A stretch of 64,000 nucleotides of DNA from Diplonema japonicum (GCA_964019335.1 OZ025697.1:248001-312000), one strand, 5' to 3'. Positions 45,969-58,973 are shown, numbered from the stretch's first letter. A program made the numbers and translations. The notes: generated from the letters alone by a model not told the origin.

Positions 45969-46913
45969 GGGAAGGGGAGATTGGGATTTGGGAGAAGGAG
46001 ATAGTCCTTGTATTGGTAGCTATCTCAAGAACTAATGCACAATAAATGAAAAGAAAATAAGAACTATCATATATATAAAAAAAAAAAAAAAAAAAAAAAA
46101 AAGGGATCACCATACCTCTATTGATCAGGCAGCATAAAGGAGGTGTTACGAGTTTTAGGTAACTCGAACCCAGCAGGTGCCTCGCTCTGATAATAGGGCC
46201 TTTGTTTCCTCCCCCCCCCCCCCTACATTTTCTTCGTTTCTTTCATATTCAAATTTTTATTCTTTTTTTTAAAATGTTTCATTCCTTTAGGATACATTCC
46301 CTCCCCCCCCCCCCCCCCCCCCAACTTAGAAAGAAGACGGGGGAAAAAAATGGATTTCATTTTTTTTTAGTGGATTGCAGTAGAGGGGGGGTGGGGGTTT
46401 TTTTTTTTTGTATTTACCAAGTTTACTTTTTCTTCTTTCTCTTTATTGCCTCCTTCGGTCAATTTATTTTTTTCGTTTTTTTTTTTATTCACCCCTCTCT
46501 TCTTTGTCCTTTTTTTCCCCCTTCTTTTTATCATTCTTTTTTTTTCTTTTCTTTTGTTCAAGCCCACTTTTACAACAAATAAAATAAAACAAAAAAAAAA
46601 AAATTGTATCGACAGAATTTACTTCTTTCTTTTTTTTACCCTCGTTTCTATTTTTATATTTGTTTCTTTGTCTTTATATTTCATTGGGCCGAACAAAATG
46701 AAGAAGAAAATAAAAAGAAATAAAAAGAAAGGAGAAATAAATAAAAAAAATAACAGAAGAAAAGGTGCAGAAGGGAACAATAAAAAAAAAAATATGGAGG
46801 AAGCAATAATCACAGAATAAAAATCACAAGTCGGATATGAAGATTTTTTTTTTTTCTTTCTCATTTTCTTTCCACCACAAAGGGTGTTTATACATTAGTC
46901 CGCCTCCCTCTTT

Positions 46914-47482
46914 TCACGCACAGACAGAAGGCGAAAGCGTTTCTGCAGCGGCATGTTGCTGTGGTTATTATTTTTTTTTTTTTTTTTGTTTTGTTTCAAT
47001 ACCTTCCTCATCTTCCTGTCTTTGTTCATGGCCTTCATGAAGGAAAGGGAGGTCCTCGGGGGAGGGGGGAGGGGCTCTGTTCCAGGCTCGGAACTTGCTT
47101 CCTCCGACTCACTGGAGTACTTGGTAAGGGGTCTGCAGGCGTCGGAAAGCCAGGACGAAGAGCAAGAGGAGAGGACCTCAGACGGGACATCAACAGGGAA
47201 GTGGACCTCAGAGGGAGAGGTCCTGAGGTTCAGCATCTGGTGGATGGGCATCCCGCCCTTGTCGTCCACACGGCCGGGCAGCATCAGCCCTTGGGAGGCG
47301 GGGAGGAATGGCTTTGCACTGGGGTTGCATCCAGGGGTGCTCAAGCATGGCGACCCTTGCACCTGCTTCGGTGTGCTGTGCGTGCTGTCTGACCCGCTCA
47401 GCCCGTCAAGGCTCTGCAGCACAGGCGACGGCACATACGGGGCAGCGTCAGGGGAGAAGTTGTACCTGCGTGCGTTCACCAT
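46914..47482 (-). CDS. PAM2-motif (PABP-interacting) low-complexity protein, copy 1
   Basis: NFSPDAAPYVP and CNPSAKPFLP resemble PAM2 (LNPxAxxFxP). Intron 46959-47002 and last exon QHAAAETLSPSVCA*. Confidence 0.75.
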
Positions 47483-47558
47483 TTTCTTTTTTATTTTTTT
47501 CTTCCTTCTTTTTCCCTCTCTTTTTTTTCTTGTTGTTGTTGTGAACGAAGAACAACAA

Positions 47559-47613
<55 letters not shown>

Positions 47614-48726
47614 ATAAAACCGCAAAATCAAGGGAAAGGCACAGCCAGTGGGCAACATCCCTTCCTTCAAGAGGTGAGGGGTGGCAGCATTGATTGCGGT
47701 TCTGAATGTTCTTTTTTTTTTTTTTAAAGGGGTGGGGCAAAAAAAAAACATTTTTAGAAAGAAAAAAAAGGGGGTGGGGGGAAAAGTGTAGTAGGGTATA
47801 TAATTTATAAAAAAAAAAAAAAAAAAAAAAAAGTGCGTGTATAAATAAAGGGGGAGGGAAAAGAAAGAAAAAATAAAGACAAAGCTTTGCACGCTGAACT
47901 GGGAGGGCGTTAGGAAAAAAGGGGATAAACACAATTAGCAGCAAAAAATAAAGGGTTTTTTTTTATTTAGTTGTTTTCCCTCTTCCAGCAGAAGGACAGA
48001 GGGGCGTACGCAGAGTAAGGGGAAAAAACAAAAAACCTTTTTCATTGAAGCTTGGAGGGGGAAAAAAAAGGGGGGGGGAATCAAAAAAAGGCAGTTGTAA
48101 CTGGGTACGGGGGGGGGGGGGGGGGGGGCGAGATAACAAGAATTAGAAGGATGCTATTGTTTTTTTTGCTGTTGTTTTTATTTTATTTTATTTATTTTTT
48201 TTTAAAGTTTTTCTGTGTTTCTCTTAGTTTCTGTCTACGTCTCGCACACCCCCTTCTTTGACACTTGGAGAAAAAAGGGGGAGGAAAAAAAAATAATAAA
48301 AAAAGCAATCCGATCACTGAAAGACCCACACAAACAAAAAGGGTGCATTTTTTTTTTTTTTTGCCTTCCCATGTGCCCTCCCTTCTTTCGAAGAAGATGC
48401 TATAGTCAACGAATGGAAAAAAAAAAAAAAAAAAAAAAAAAACAAGTGAATACTGTGCTGAGAAATAAAAGAGGGTAAAAAACAGGTTTTATTTTTACCT
48501 CACAATCCTTTTTTTTTCTTTTTTTTTTTTTTTTTTTTTATTTCTCAGGTTTTTCTCAAGCAGGATTCAACTTGGGTCAAAAAAAAAAAAAAAAAAAAAA
48601 AAAAAGTGTTCTTTTGCCTCCCCAGGCCAAGGTAAGGGAAAGAACCGGGGGGAAAAAAGGGGGTAAAAAAGAAAGAGGGAGGGTAATTGCACTTGAATCG
48701 ATCATTGGTGGATTTGTGTAAGTAAG

Positions 48727-48757
<31 letters not shown>

Positions 48758-49590
48758 CAAAGCAAATACCTATGAGAAATAGCACTCTTGTGGTGGCGCA
48801 GGACGCATTCAAAGAAGAAAGAAGAAGGGAAAAAAAAAGGGGGGCTGTTGCGGCATAATCCCACTGCTGGACGACCCCCTTTTTTTTTAATTCTTCCTTC
48901 ACAGCACGCATCGTCCCATATAGGTGGAAAGCCAACATCCTTCCATGAAAGGACATGGTAAAGAAAAAAAAAAAGGGAAAAAAAGAGAAAAAGAAAAAAA
49001 AAGGGGGGAGGTGGGAAAGGGAAGGTTTAGTTTTTTTTTCTTCTTCTTTCTCTTATTTTGTGTTTTTCATTGTTCGTTTTGTTTGAAAGAAGACTTAATT
49101 TTTCCTCATCTTCCTGTCTTTGTTCATGGCCTTCATGAAGGAAAGGGAGGTCCTCGGGGGAGGGGGGAGGGGCTCTGTTCCAGGCTCGGAACTTGCTTCC
49201 TCCGACTCACTGGAGTACTTGGTAAGGGGTCTGCAGGCGTCGGAAAGCCAGGACGAAGAGCAAGAGGAGAGGACCTCAGACGGGACATCAACAGGGAAGT
49301 GGACCTCAGAGGGAGAGGTCCTGAGGTTCAGCATCTGGTGGATGGGCATCCCGCCCTTGTCGTCCACACGGCCGGGCAGCATCAGCCCTTGGGAGGCGGG
49401 GAGGAATGGCTTTGCACTGGGGTTGCATCCAGGGGTGCTCAAGCATGGCGACCCTTGCACCTGCTTCGGTGTGCTGTGCGTGCTGTCTGACCCGCTCAGC
49501 CCGTCAAGGCTCTGCAGCACAGGCGACGGCACATACGGGGCAGCGTCAGGGGAGAAGTTGTACCTGCGTGCGTTCACCATTTTCTTTTTT
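47004..49590. repeat. ~489-bp direct repeat (47004-47492 and 49102-49590)
   Basis: Identical by eye, offset 2098 bp, flanks unrelated. Confidence 0.95.
49095..49580 (-). CDS. PAM2-motif protein, copy 2 (intronless, 161 aa)
   Basis: Identical to exon 1 of copy 1, ends MRKN*. Confidence 0.75.
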   Translation of the reverse strand: MVNARRYNFSPDAAPYVPSPVLQSLDGLSGSDSTHSTPKQVQGSPCLSTPGCNPSAKPFLPASQGLMLPGRVDDKGGMPIHQMLNLRTSPSEVHFPVDVPSEVLSSCSSSWLSDACRPLTKYSSESEEASSEPGTEPLPPPPRTSLSFMKAMNKDRKMRKN

Positions 49591-49814
49591 TTTCAAATTA
49601 TTATCCGCCCCCGTACAGCTCCCCCCTGTTGTTTTATGTTACATCGCAAGGTGGTTGCAGAAGGTGCTGAAGACACACAGTTCCCGCAAAAAAAATGGTA
49701 AAAAAAAAAAAAATAATAATAATAATAACAATAATAATACACAACAAAGGGGGGGACTCTAACCAATAAGATCTACAATAAAAAAAAAAAAAAAAGAAGA
49801 AAAAAAAAAAAGTT

Positions 49815-50714
49815 TCACCCTTTTCCAGCTCCAACACTTCCCAAAATCAGTGCGGCGAACCAGGCCCAGTGCCACAGGAGATGGTACTTTTCATAGGAAA
49901 AAGTCCCCGGGTGCCCCGTGGCCTTGTGCAGCCAGATGGAGGACAAAAAAGGAAACAGATAAAGCACCTGAATGAGAAACGGACAGTGCGAGAACAGGTA
50001 GAGGAGCAGGGGCAATGACGCTGTACATGGGCAGATGAAGGGTGACTGGAAGAAGGCTTTCGTCTCACCATCAAGGTGGTGAAGTGACGAAGATACAAGG
50101 ATGGTGAAGAGGTAAGCAGCGGCAAAGGTACGATTTCTGAAATAGAGAAACATACAAGGAAAGAGCGCAAAGTAAAGGCTGAGAAGCATAGGCTCAGACG
50201 GCCTTCGTTTCCCCCATCTAACCAGTTTAGGGTGAGCCTTGTGGATAACTGAGAATCTCTCGATGTGACTGTTCAGAAAACGCAGAACGTGCCGTAGAGC
50301 TCTGCGTACACCAGAGCCCAGCTGTTTCTCTTCTCCTTTTAGCCAAAACAGAACCGGGCGTTCGAGAATGTAATTTATAAAATCTTTTATAAGTGCGATG
50401 AACATTCCCTTTGAGTTTTGAACACCGACACCTCCTATCATCCCGTGGCCCTTTTTCACATTGCTCGGGGTTCCCACCGGGGTCCGTCCGCTTCTCCCCC
50501 TCATGATGATCCCAACCACACCAATGTCGTCTCTGAGCTTCCTCCATAGTTCCTTCCCCCTGCCAGAGGTGCCCATGCCTCGTTGGCGTATCAACCTGGC
50601 TCCTATTCTGCGAAGGAGGCCCCAGAGTTCTTTCCCCCCACGAAGCTGCCTGACAGTCGCTTCAAGCCCAACAGGTGTGATCGAGATGGTGGGGGGTGCA
50701 AGGCGGAACGACAT
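49815..50714 (-). CDS. Membrane protein with CREST-superfamily-like motifs
   Basis: C-terminal TM helices with SSSLHH (SxxxH) and YHLLWH (HxxWH). Confidence 0.6.
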   Translation of the reverse strand: MSFRLAPPTISITPVGLEATVRQLRGGKELWGLLRRIGARLIRQRGMGTSGRGKELWRKLRDDIGVVGIIMRGRSGRTPVGTPSNVKKGHGMIGGVGVQNSKGMFIALIKDFINYILERPVLFWLKGEEKQLGSGVRRALRHVLRFLNSHIERFSVIHKAHPKLVRWGKRRPSEPMLLSLYFALFPCMFLYFRNRTFAAAYLFTILVSSSLHHLDGETKAFFQSPFICPCTASLPLLLYLFSHCPFLIQVLYLFPFLSSIWLHKATGHPGTFSYEKYHLLWHWAWFAALILGSVGAGKG

Positions 50715-50890
50715 ATTTTTTTTTTTTTTTTTTTTTTTTCCACGCCTGGTTTTAATTTTTTTTTTTTTGAAAACCACCTTGTTTGGTGGGGAAAAACAAA
50801 AAAAAACAAAAAAAACCGAACTAATGAACACTCTTTCACACTTTTTTTTTTTTTTTTTTTTTCTTTCGTTCTCGCTTCCCTGCTCTGATC

Positions 50891-53800
50891 TCATTGTTGT
50901 CCTTTCTCACTTTCCGCAAGCGCAGCCACACTGAGGATCCTGCTCTCCTCGTCGGCCCCAGGAGTGTACTCCACAGAGGGAAGGTTCTCTGCCACGTCAT
51001 AGCCGTGCGGCTGGGCGAGGAAAGAGGTTGCGAGACTGTTTTTTTTTTTCTTTTTTTTTCTCTTTTTTTTTTCCCCCTCCACGAAATACCTTTTAACGTC
51101 AGTGATTTCAGACTTCGCTGTGTCCTTTAGTTTCTCGGGAGGGTTTTCGCAGTTCGGGTCCCACTCCAGTATTTTAATAACAGCATCCTTGTAAGGGTCT
51201 ACAAAGCGCACAAAATAAGAATCGATCGCAGTTTGTATTGCGGAGATCACACCGCCTTGCGAGAGCTTCGGAAGCTCACTCCAGTCCCCGGTGCTGAAAC
51301 TCCGGCCCACCTTGGTCTCGTGCGCCTTTTGGAAACGCTGCAGGATGGACGAAAGGAGGCTTTTCTTCGTGGTGTTCAGAGTCGACCTTTTTATTTTATT
51401 TTTATTTTTTTTAATTTTTCTCTCTTGCATACGTTGCGTAGATTTTAATCTCCGCCGCTTCCATTTTCGCTATTTTGGGAACGGCGTATTTCCTGATGGA
51501 CTTCTCTATGAGCTGTCCCAGGCGGAGAATGTAGCTGTTCTTGATCGCTTCTTCGGTTTGTTCTTTCGTCTGCCGTGTGTTGCTCCTGTGGAGGGAAGAT
51601 GATAGGGAGAAGAGTTCATACTTGTAGAACGAAGTCGCGAACTCCCGTCCCCTGTTCTCGACCTTGGAGGGGTTCTGGTAGTACCACGTGGGCAGCGCGT
51701 CATCGACTGCGTTGCTCGCGTTGTACATCCTGGGGTCGGGTTTCTTCGCCGTCATCGATGCGCTTTGTCGCGACTGTGTATTGAGATTAGGGGGAAAGAG
51801 GGGAACCATACCGCAACCTCCTTAGCCAACTCTCTCTGCCTCAATTGTTTGGCTTCGTGCCACCTAAGCTCCGTTTGCCGCTCAAGCTTCACAAGAGACT
51901 GCTGATTGGCCGCGGAAGCTTTTGCCGCCCTTTTTTTGTTTTTTTTCTATTTTTTTTTTTTTTTTTTTGTCGGCATACTGGACGTTCATGTACGACTGGC
52001 CAATCTTGCTGGTGCTCTCGTCGTTCGGTTTGACGGTCGCGTTGAACAGGTTGCGCTGCATGGTGGGCATCACGTCTGTTTTCGCGTACTTCGCAGCGAG
52101 GTTTCGTGAGGAGCCCCTGCTGTGCTGGAGGCCAGGGTCATCGGATTTAACCTGTCTCGCCACTGGCGCACCAGCACCCAGTTTGGCGGCTGCGCCGTTC
52201 ATTGACAACTCGATGAACCTGTCTGCAGGCGTTGGGATGGGCTTGCGGATCTTCCCGGACTTCAGGTTTTTCTTATAAAACTGAACAACCTGCCGCGAGG
52301 CGCGGAGTGCTGACCCTGCAGCCCCGATGATAAGACCGTAGTTTGTAGAGTCGGTGGCGTCACCAGCGAAGAACAAGGGACCCTCACCATTGTTCCCAAG
52401 AGGTTTTGCAAGGCTCTCGAAGTGACGCGGGTGTGTGGTGGGTGCGAGGAAAGGACTGCTCCCCCGAGTGAGGGCGTCCTTGCCCCACCGTGACACACGG
52501 ACATCGATGGGCTCAGGGACCTCGACAGCCGTGAAAATACGTCGGAAGTGCGCCATCGCCTCATCAACAACTGCTTGGGTGCCGCCCTCTTCAGCAAGAG
52601 TGGCAGCGTCGCCGGAGAGAGAGATGGTGGCATGGGGATGGGGTAGTCCGTGCAACGACCCTCGTGCACCCACCCCACGCAGTTGTGTGTTGGCATCTTT
52701 GTAAAGCACGAAGTCCATGTTCTGGATCCTTGCCGGTTCAGCGCCTTCTTCGGGAACAAATTTCTGCTCGATCCAGAACGGCTTGTCGAAAGCGAGCACG
52801 AGGGTGTTCTTCACACCACAGCCAATGTGCTTAAGGGCTTCCAGTTTCTCCTCCCCGAGGCCGGGTGTGAACGTGATGGCGCCATCGTTTCCTTCCTTCC
52901 CCGGCTTCGCCTTCAGTACGCCTAGAGGAACCGTCACCACGCAGTAGTCGCATGGGTCTTGTTGCTTCTTTTCCGTGGTAATGGTGACGTTGTCGTTCGT
53001 GTAGGCAACGTCCGTGACCGGTTCACCGTACTTGATGGTGAGGCCTTTGGCGAGCTTGTCGCATATCTTGTCCCACGACACGTCCAGCACGTAGGCGTTC
53101 CCTACCCTGAACTGCTGCCCGTTCTTCCCGAGGCTGTCGATCTTGGCGTGCGCCTGCTCCTCCCATCCGTTCACGATTGACATGCACTTGTTCCTCAGCG
53201 CCTCATCCTCTAGTTTTTGGATGAAGTCCACGACGGGGCCGAGGGTACCGCCTTCCGGGATCTCGTTTTCGATGAATGGGTACAGCACGGCTTCAGCGTC
53301 ACCGATCTCTTCTTCGGGGTTCAAAATGTGTGTCCCGTTGTGGCCGAACACGAAGAAACTGGCAAGTTTCTTTTCGGGGTCGTCCCAGTCGCTCACGCCC
53401 GCTTGTCGGAGGAGATTGTGGACGACAGCACGGGGCGGCTCGACGGGGTCGCGCGCAAGGCCCGCGGCGGCTCGTTCTTGCGAGTCGATCGATGCAATGC
53501 TCGCGGACCGTTCACCGATAGTATCAAGCGCTTCATTAATACCAAGGAGCTCCACACCGGACCGCTGCGAACGGGTGTCGTCGTTGTCAGCTTCGTCTTC
53601 CCTCTCAGTCATCATCTCAGGGAGGTCGTACCTGCTAGGAGGCCCCACGGGCACAGTGAAGTTCTCCGCTTCATCATCCGACTCCGACTCGTCTTGCTTC
53701 TTACTACTCATGGTGATGGATTTGCACCGTCCACCAGGTGCATGGCCACCTTCGAACACTTGAACGTCAAACCCTGCACGGACTAGTTGCTGAGCTGTGA

Positions 53801-54512
53801 GTAACCCGGAGATCCCTGCACCGATGACGTGGGCAGTTCGGCCATTTTTTATAACAGGGTATTTGTTTTTAGGAACTCCATAGTTGATCAAACCGAGCTC
53901 CTCACAGTAGGAAAACACGGAATGTGCTGCTTGGATGTGTGCGGAGTCGATCAGCCGACGGACCTGCGAGAGGTACACACGGTTTTTAGGATTTTTGTCC
54001 CATTCTCGAAGGATCATGTTACGGGTATAGAGGTGCTTCTTTTGTTGAACGTCAGTTTTGGTCGTTCGGAAAGTGGCTTGTTCGTCGGGGGTGAAGAATT
54101 TACCGGGCATTCCGTTTCGTAAGGAAACGAGAACCAACTCCTTCGCCGGGATTACTTTGATACGGTCGTTGTCTTCGGGGATTTCGATTTTTACGGCGTC
54201 GCTTGAGATCTCTGATTTGATTTCGTCGCTGTCGCTGTCGGGGTTTTCGATCTTGACGCCGATTTCTATTTTCACCCCATCTTCTTTTGCGGAGTCGTCG
54301 TCTTCTGAGTCGGCTATCGGTGCTTTTCTCTTTTTGGGTTTGGGTTTTGGTTGTTCTTTTCTCTTTTTTTTGTTTTTTTTGTCCTTTTTGTCCCGCTTTC
54401 TCTTTTTCGTCACAACGACCTCGTCGTCGTCTTCTTCTTCGACATCTGTCTCTTCTTTCACATCCTCGCCCCCTTCAAAAAACGCTAGATCGGATTCATC
54501 GAAGTCCTCCAT
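50891..54512 (-). CDS. LSD1/KDM1-like SWIRM + flavin amine-oxidase protein, ~1144 aa, 5 exons
   Basis: SWIRM (YTRNMILREW..GLINYGV), GAGISGL, VTVPLGVLK, RWGKD..RGS, LFFAGDAT. Introns 51930-51978, 51774-51811, 51387-51432, 51036-51089 add a C-terminal extension. Confidence 0.88.
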
Positions 54513-54814
54513 CCCCTCTTCCTTTTTTTTTTTTTTTTTGCTACGATTTAAAAAAAAGAAAAAAAAAACAATGGAGGAGAAGAAAATCGCGGCAGGGGGG
54601 GGGTTTTTTTTCTTCCCCCCTTCCTTTTCCCCGTTTTATATTATCTTTTTTTTCTTTTGAAACGTGAGGGGTGGAAGAGGGTGGGGGGGGTGAGCAACGA
54701 CTCGCTGAAATAATAGTTAAAAAAACAATTTTGAAATCTCAAAAAGAGAAAAGGGGGGGGAGCGGGCCGTTTATTAATCGTGCCTTTTGGAAAGGGAAAT
54801 GGAACACAAAGGGG

Positions 54815-54846
<32 letters not shown>

Positions 54847-55174
54847 AGAGAGAGAGAGAGAAGGGGAAAACAATTTTTTAAAAAAAAAAAAAGAAGGAGA
54901 AACCTGCAACGTATCTGTACATTATGCCGAGGCCAGAGTACCCCCAGACTTTGCCAACGTCCCAAAGAAAAAAAAAAGCCATTTATCACACGCACAATAA
55001 AAAAAAAAAAAAAAAAAGCTCAGCAACAAGGAAAAAACAAAAAAAAAAGAGCAAAAACCCCTAGCGAGCTATTTAAAAAAAAAAAAAAAATAATAATAAT
55101 AATAATAATAATATAACGCTTACCCGTCTCCTTATTTTTTCCCCCCCCTTCTTTTTATTTCTAGTGGTAACTGC

Positions 55175-56959
55175 TCACGCATCCGTGACACAGCCAGTGG
55201 AGGCACTGCCTACAAGACGGGAGTACTTAAGGAGGGTTCCTGATGTAGCCTCGAGAGGGGGAGCCGTCCACTTGGCCCTCCTCTTCGCGAGTTCTTCATC
55301 AGAAACATTGAAAGAGATTTCACAAGTGACAGAGTTGATGGTGACAATGTCACCATTCTGAACAAGGGCAATGGGTCCGCCCTCCTGCGCCTCCGGGCAG
55401 ATGTGGCCAATGATGAATCCGTGCGAACCGCCTGAGAACCTACCGTCTGTCAGCATAGCCACAGAGTCCCCTAGCCCAGCACCGATGATCGCTGATGTTG
55501 GAGTCAGCATCTCGGGCATCCCTGGCCCACCCTTTGGCCCCTCGTATCTGATGATGATCACTGCACCCTTTGTAATCTCACCCTTTTCCAGCCCATCTAA
55601 CATCTCCTCCTCGCAGTCGTACACCAGTGCAGGACCTTCAAATTCTAATCCCTCCTTCCCTGTGATTTTCGCAACGGACCCCTCAGGGGCAAGGTTTCCG
55701 GATAAAACTCTAATATGCGCGGTTTCTTTGATCGGTTCCGTGACGCTGGTGATGATCTTCTGACCTTCCTTCAGACCCGCTTCTTTAGCCAGGTTCTCCG
55801 CCATGGTCTTTCCGGTCACTGTCATACAGCTGCCTTCAATCAGGTTATGTTCCAAGAGCAGCTTCATGACAGCAGGTGTGCCACCGACGACATGCAGGTC
55901 CTCCATGACGTACTGCCCTGAGGGCTTGAGGTCTGCGATGTACGGTGTGGTGTCGGACGCCCTCTGCACGTCGTCGAGGGTGAGCGTGATACCGAAGGAG
56001 TGCGCCATCGCCAAAAGGTGCAGAACCGCGTTGGTTGACCCGCCCAGCGCCATCACAACGGCAAGCGCGTTGTTAAAGGACGCCTTTGTGACGATATCCC
56101 GCGGCTTCAAATCAAGCTCAAGAAGGTTCTTAATGGCCTCGCCAGCTTTTCGACATTCCGCTTCCTTGAGCGGATCGGTGGCAGGGATGCTACTAGAATG
56201 AGGGAGAGAAAGCCCCAAGGCCTCAATAGCACTTGCCATGGTGTTCGCAGTGTACATCCCACCGCAAGCTCCTGCTCCCGGACACGCTTTTTCCACAACA
56301 TTCATTCTTTCGCTTTCCGTAATGGACTTGTTCAGGTAGGCGCCGTATGATTGGAAGGCGGAGATGATGTCAAGTGTCTCGTTTTTAGGACCCCTGCCAG
56401 CACGGATGGTGCCACCGTACACCATTATGGAAGGGCGGTTAAGACGGCCCATTGCCATGACGCAGCCGGGCATGTTCTTATCGCAGCCGGGGATGGAGAT
56501 GTTCGAGTCGTACCACTGAGCTTGCATGACGGTTTCGATAGAGTCGGCAATGAGGTCGCGTGACTGGAGGGAGTAGCACATGCCGGGGGTACCGTTGGAG
56601 ATACCGTCCGAGACGCCAATGGTGTTGAACCGCATTCCCTTAAGGCCGACTTCCTCGACGCCTGCCTTGACATGTGTGGCAAGATCGCCAAGGTGCATGT
56701 TGCATGTGTTACCGTCATACCACATAGATGCGATCCCTACTTGTGGTTTGCCCATTGCTTGGAAGTCCATGCCTGTGCCGTAGAGCATGGCTTGGGAGGC
56801 GCCGCAGCTGCGTCTTTGGGTGATCCTCCTGCTGTATTTGTTGAGAGGCTCGCCCTTTATATTGGACGGGGTGTCTTTATTCAAAAGTTCCTTGGTTTGC
56901 AAATCCGGCTTCGGTAGTCCTGGATTCACAAACTTCAACGCGATGCTGGTTTTTTTCAT
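55175..56959 (-). CDS. ilvD: Dihydroxy-acid dehydratase
   Basis: [50 protein letters not shown]. Confidence 0.98.
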   Translation of the reverse strand: MKKTSIALKFVNPGLPKPDLQTKELLNKDTPSNIKGEPLNKYSRRITQRRSCGASQAMLYGTGMDFQAMGKPQVGIASMWYDGNTCNMHLGDLATHVKAGVEEVGLKGMRFNTIGVSDGISNGTPGMCYSLQSRDLIADSIETVMQAQWYDSNISIPGCDKNMPGCVMAMGRLNRPSIMVYGGTIRAGRGPKNETLDIISAFQSYGAYLNKSITESERMNVVEKACPGAGACGGMYTANTMASAIEALGLSLPHSSSIPATDPLKEAECRKAGEAIKNLLELDLKPRDIVTKASFNNALAVVMALGGSTNAVLHLLAMAHSFGITLTLDDVQRASDTTPYIADLKPSGQYVMEDLHVVGGTPAVMKLLLEHNLIEGSCMTVTGKTMAENLAKEAGLKEGQKIITSVTEPIKETAHIRVLSGNLAPEGSVAKITGKEGLEFEGPALVYDCEEEMLDGLEKGEITKGAVIIIRYEGPKGGPGMPEMLTPTSAIIGAGLGDSVAMLTDGRFSGGSHGFIIGHICPEAQEGGPIALVQNGDIVTINSVTCEISFNVSDEELAKRRAKWTAPPLEATSGTLLKYSRLVGSASTGCVTDA

Positions 56960-57539
56960 TTTTTTTTTTATTTATTAGAACACCCCTCCTTTTTTTTTTT
57001 ATTTTAAGATTAATGAAAGAAGGGGTAAAAAAAAAAAAAAAAAAAAAAAAAAGAAATATGGAATAACGCAAGGTTGAGAAGGAGATATACAGGCCGAAGA
57101 GAGGGGAGGGGGAAACACTGGAAAGGGGGTAAAAAAAAAAATTCAGGGGGTAAAAAAAAAAAAAAAAATGGGGGTAAATGGGGAGGGGAGTAATAAGACC
57201 CTAATAAAACACTTCTCCGAAGCCCTCTCCTCCTTTTTTTTTTTTCTTCCTTGTTGGTAACATTTTCTTCAAAAAAGAGAAAGAAAAAAAAACACATTAG
57301 AAAAAAAAAGGGGGGTTCTTATCAATGATACAAACGGGAAGGCTACCTCTTTTTTTTTTTTTTTTTTCTTACCCCACATGAAGAGAAAAAAAAATTGACA
57401 CTCCAAGAAGGAAAAAAAAAAAAAAAAAAAAATAGAAAACGGGTGGAGGGGGAAAATCAAATATGAACAGAAAAAAAATAAAAAAAAAGCGATCTATGCC
57501 GCGCATCGTGGTTGTGTTGCTTTAAAAAAAAAAAAAAAG

Positions 57540-57570
<31 letters not shown>

Positions 57571-57583
57571 CCTCACACTATAT

Positions 57584-57624
57584 TTAGAACGCCTGACCTT
57601 CCTTTTCTCTCGCAGCAGCCGTCT

Positions 57625-57690
<66 letters not shown>

Positions 57691-58973
57691 CACACCTGTA
57701 TGTCAGCCGGTTTCAAACCAAGTTCTTCCCAATCCCACGCATAGGGGTTCAGCTCTTTAGGCCTTGCAGTTTGATCCATTTCCATCTCGCAAAGCATGGA
57801 TCTGTTGAACATGGGGCGCGGTGTGAGGAACTCGTTGACAAACGCACACGCATCACCAAGCCACATCTGTGCACGTGAGGTACATTGTGATATGTCATAT
57901 CATACCGGGCAAGGGAAGGGCTTCGGACCCTTCATGTGAGCCGCCCTTTCAGCCGCGAATTGCATATGCGTCATGATCTTGGGCCCACCCAAATCGATGA
58001 TCTGTATATATATATATATATTTTTTTTTTTTTAAAGCTTTTTTACACCCAAGAACATACCTTCTTCACAATTTCAGGGGTTTGAAGAACTTTGTGCGTC
58101 GCGTCAGCAAGGTCATTGACCCAAGTGGGTTGGAGTTTCGTGTCTTTGTGGAAGAATTTAAAAATGCTTATAAAAATATATACCGGGAAACACAGTTGGG
58201 TACCACTGTTTGCCGAAATTGCTGTAGCGGTAGCCAGAGCCGTAGAGATGGCCGGGTTTAAGGACCACCGCGAAGAACGACTCGGCGAGTGCCATTTCCT
58301 CGGCCTTTGCTCGGAAGTCGGACCGGTCGGAGTCGTTCCCCCAGATGGCGTCGAGACCAGAAATATAGATATACCTCTTGATGCCCCGAAGACGGGCTTG
58401 GTACGCGATATTGCTGCTTCCCTTCACATGAACGTCAACATGAAGGTTGTAGAAGTCATCATTTCGCATGTCAATCGCGTTGACGATACTGTCAACTCCT
58501 TCGAGGGCTCTGTTTATACTGGGTTTGTCAAGGACGTTGGTGGCTTCGAGGAAGCATTTTTCGGGGTTGATGTTGATGATCTTCTGGAGGTCCTCCGGAA
58601 TCTGGTCGGGGTACCTCGTGCACAGTCGTACTTCGTCGTATTCCGGTGATTCTACTAATTTCTTTGCGATCCTGCTGCCTTGAAAGCTTGTGCACCCAAA
58701 CACTGCCACCCGCTTAGCCGGGCTTGGTAAAATTTTTTTTGGTTCGTGCGCCATTCGAACTGCCTTGGTTGTGGTGGTGTACACACTTGCGTATGCGTCA
58801 GTGTTCGCGTAGTTCGCTTGCGACATTTTAGGTAACGGACGGTACCCATGCTTCCCGAACATGGGTTCCTCCGAGGCAATATTCACCCCACTCCCCGCCC
58901 TTTTCGTCAACGGACCATCTTGTTCATTATGCGGCATCTGCAGCATCCTCCTTTGCACGGCTCTTTTTAGCAT
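57584..58973 (-). CDS. NDUFA9-like NAD(P)-binding SDR (complex I 39-kDa subunit family), 392 aa, 5 exons
   Basis: Mitochondrial-type presequence MLKRAVQRR, VAVFGCTSFQG, KLQPTWVNDLA, DLGGP. Introns 58144-58183, 58002-58060, 57867-57905, 57623-57695. Confidence 0.8.

Noticed and set aside
43900-46900. Many poly-Lys/poly-Phe ORFs here and throughout the window
   Set aside because: Translations of A/T homopolymer spacer, UTR or intron DNA.
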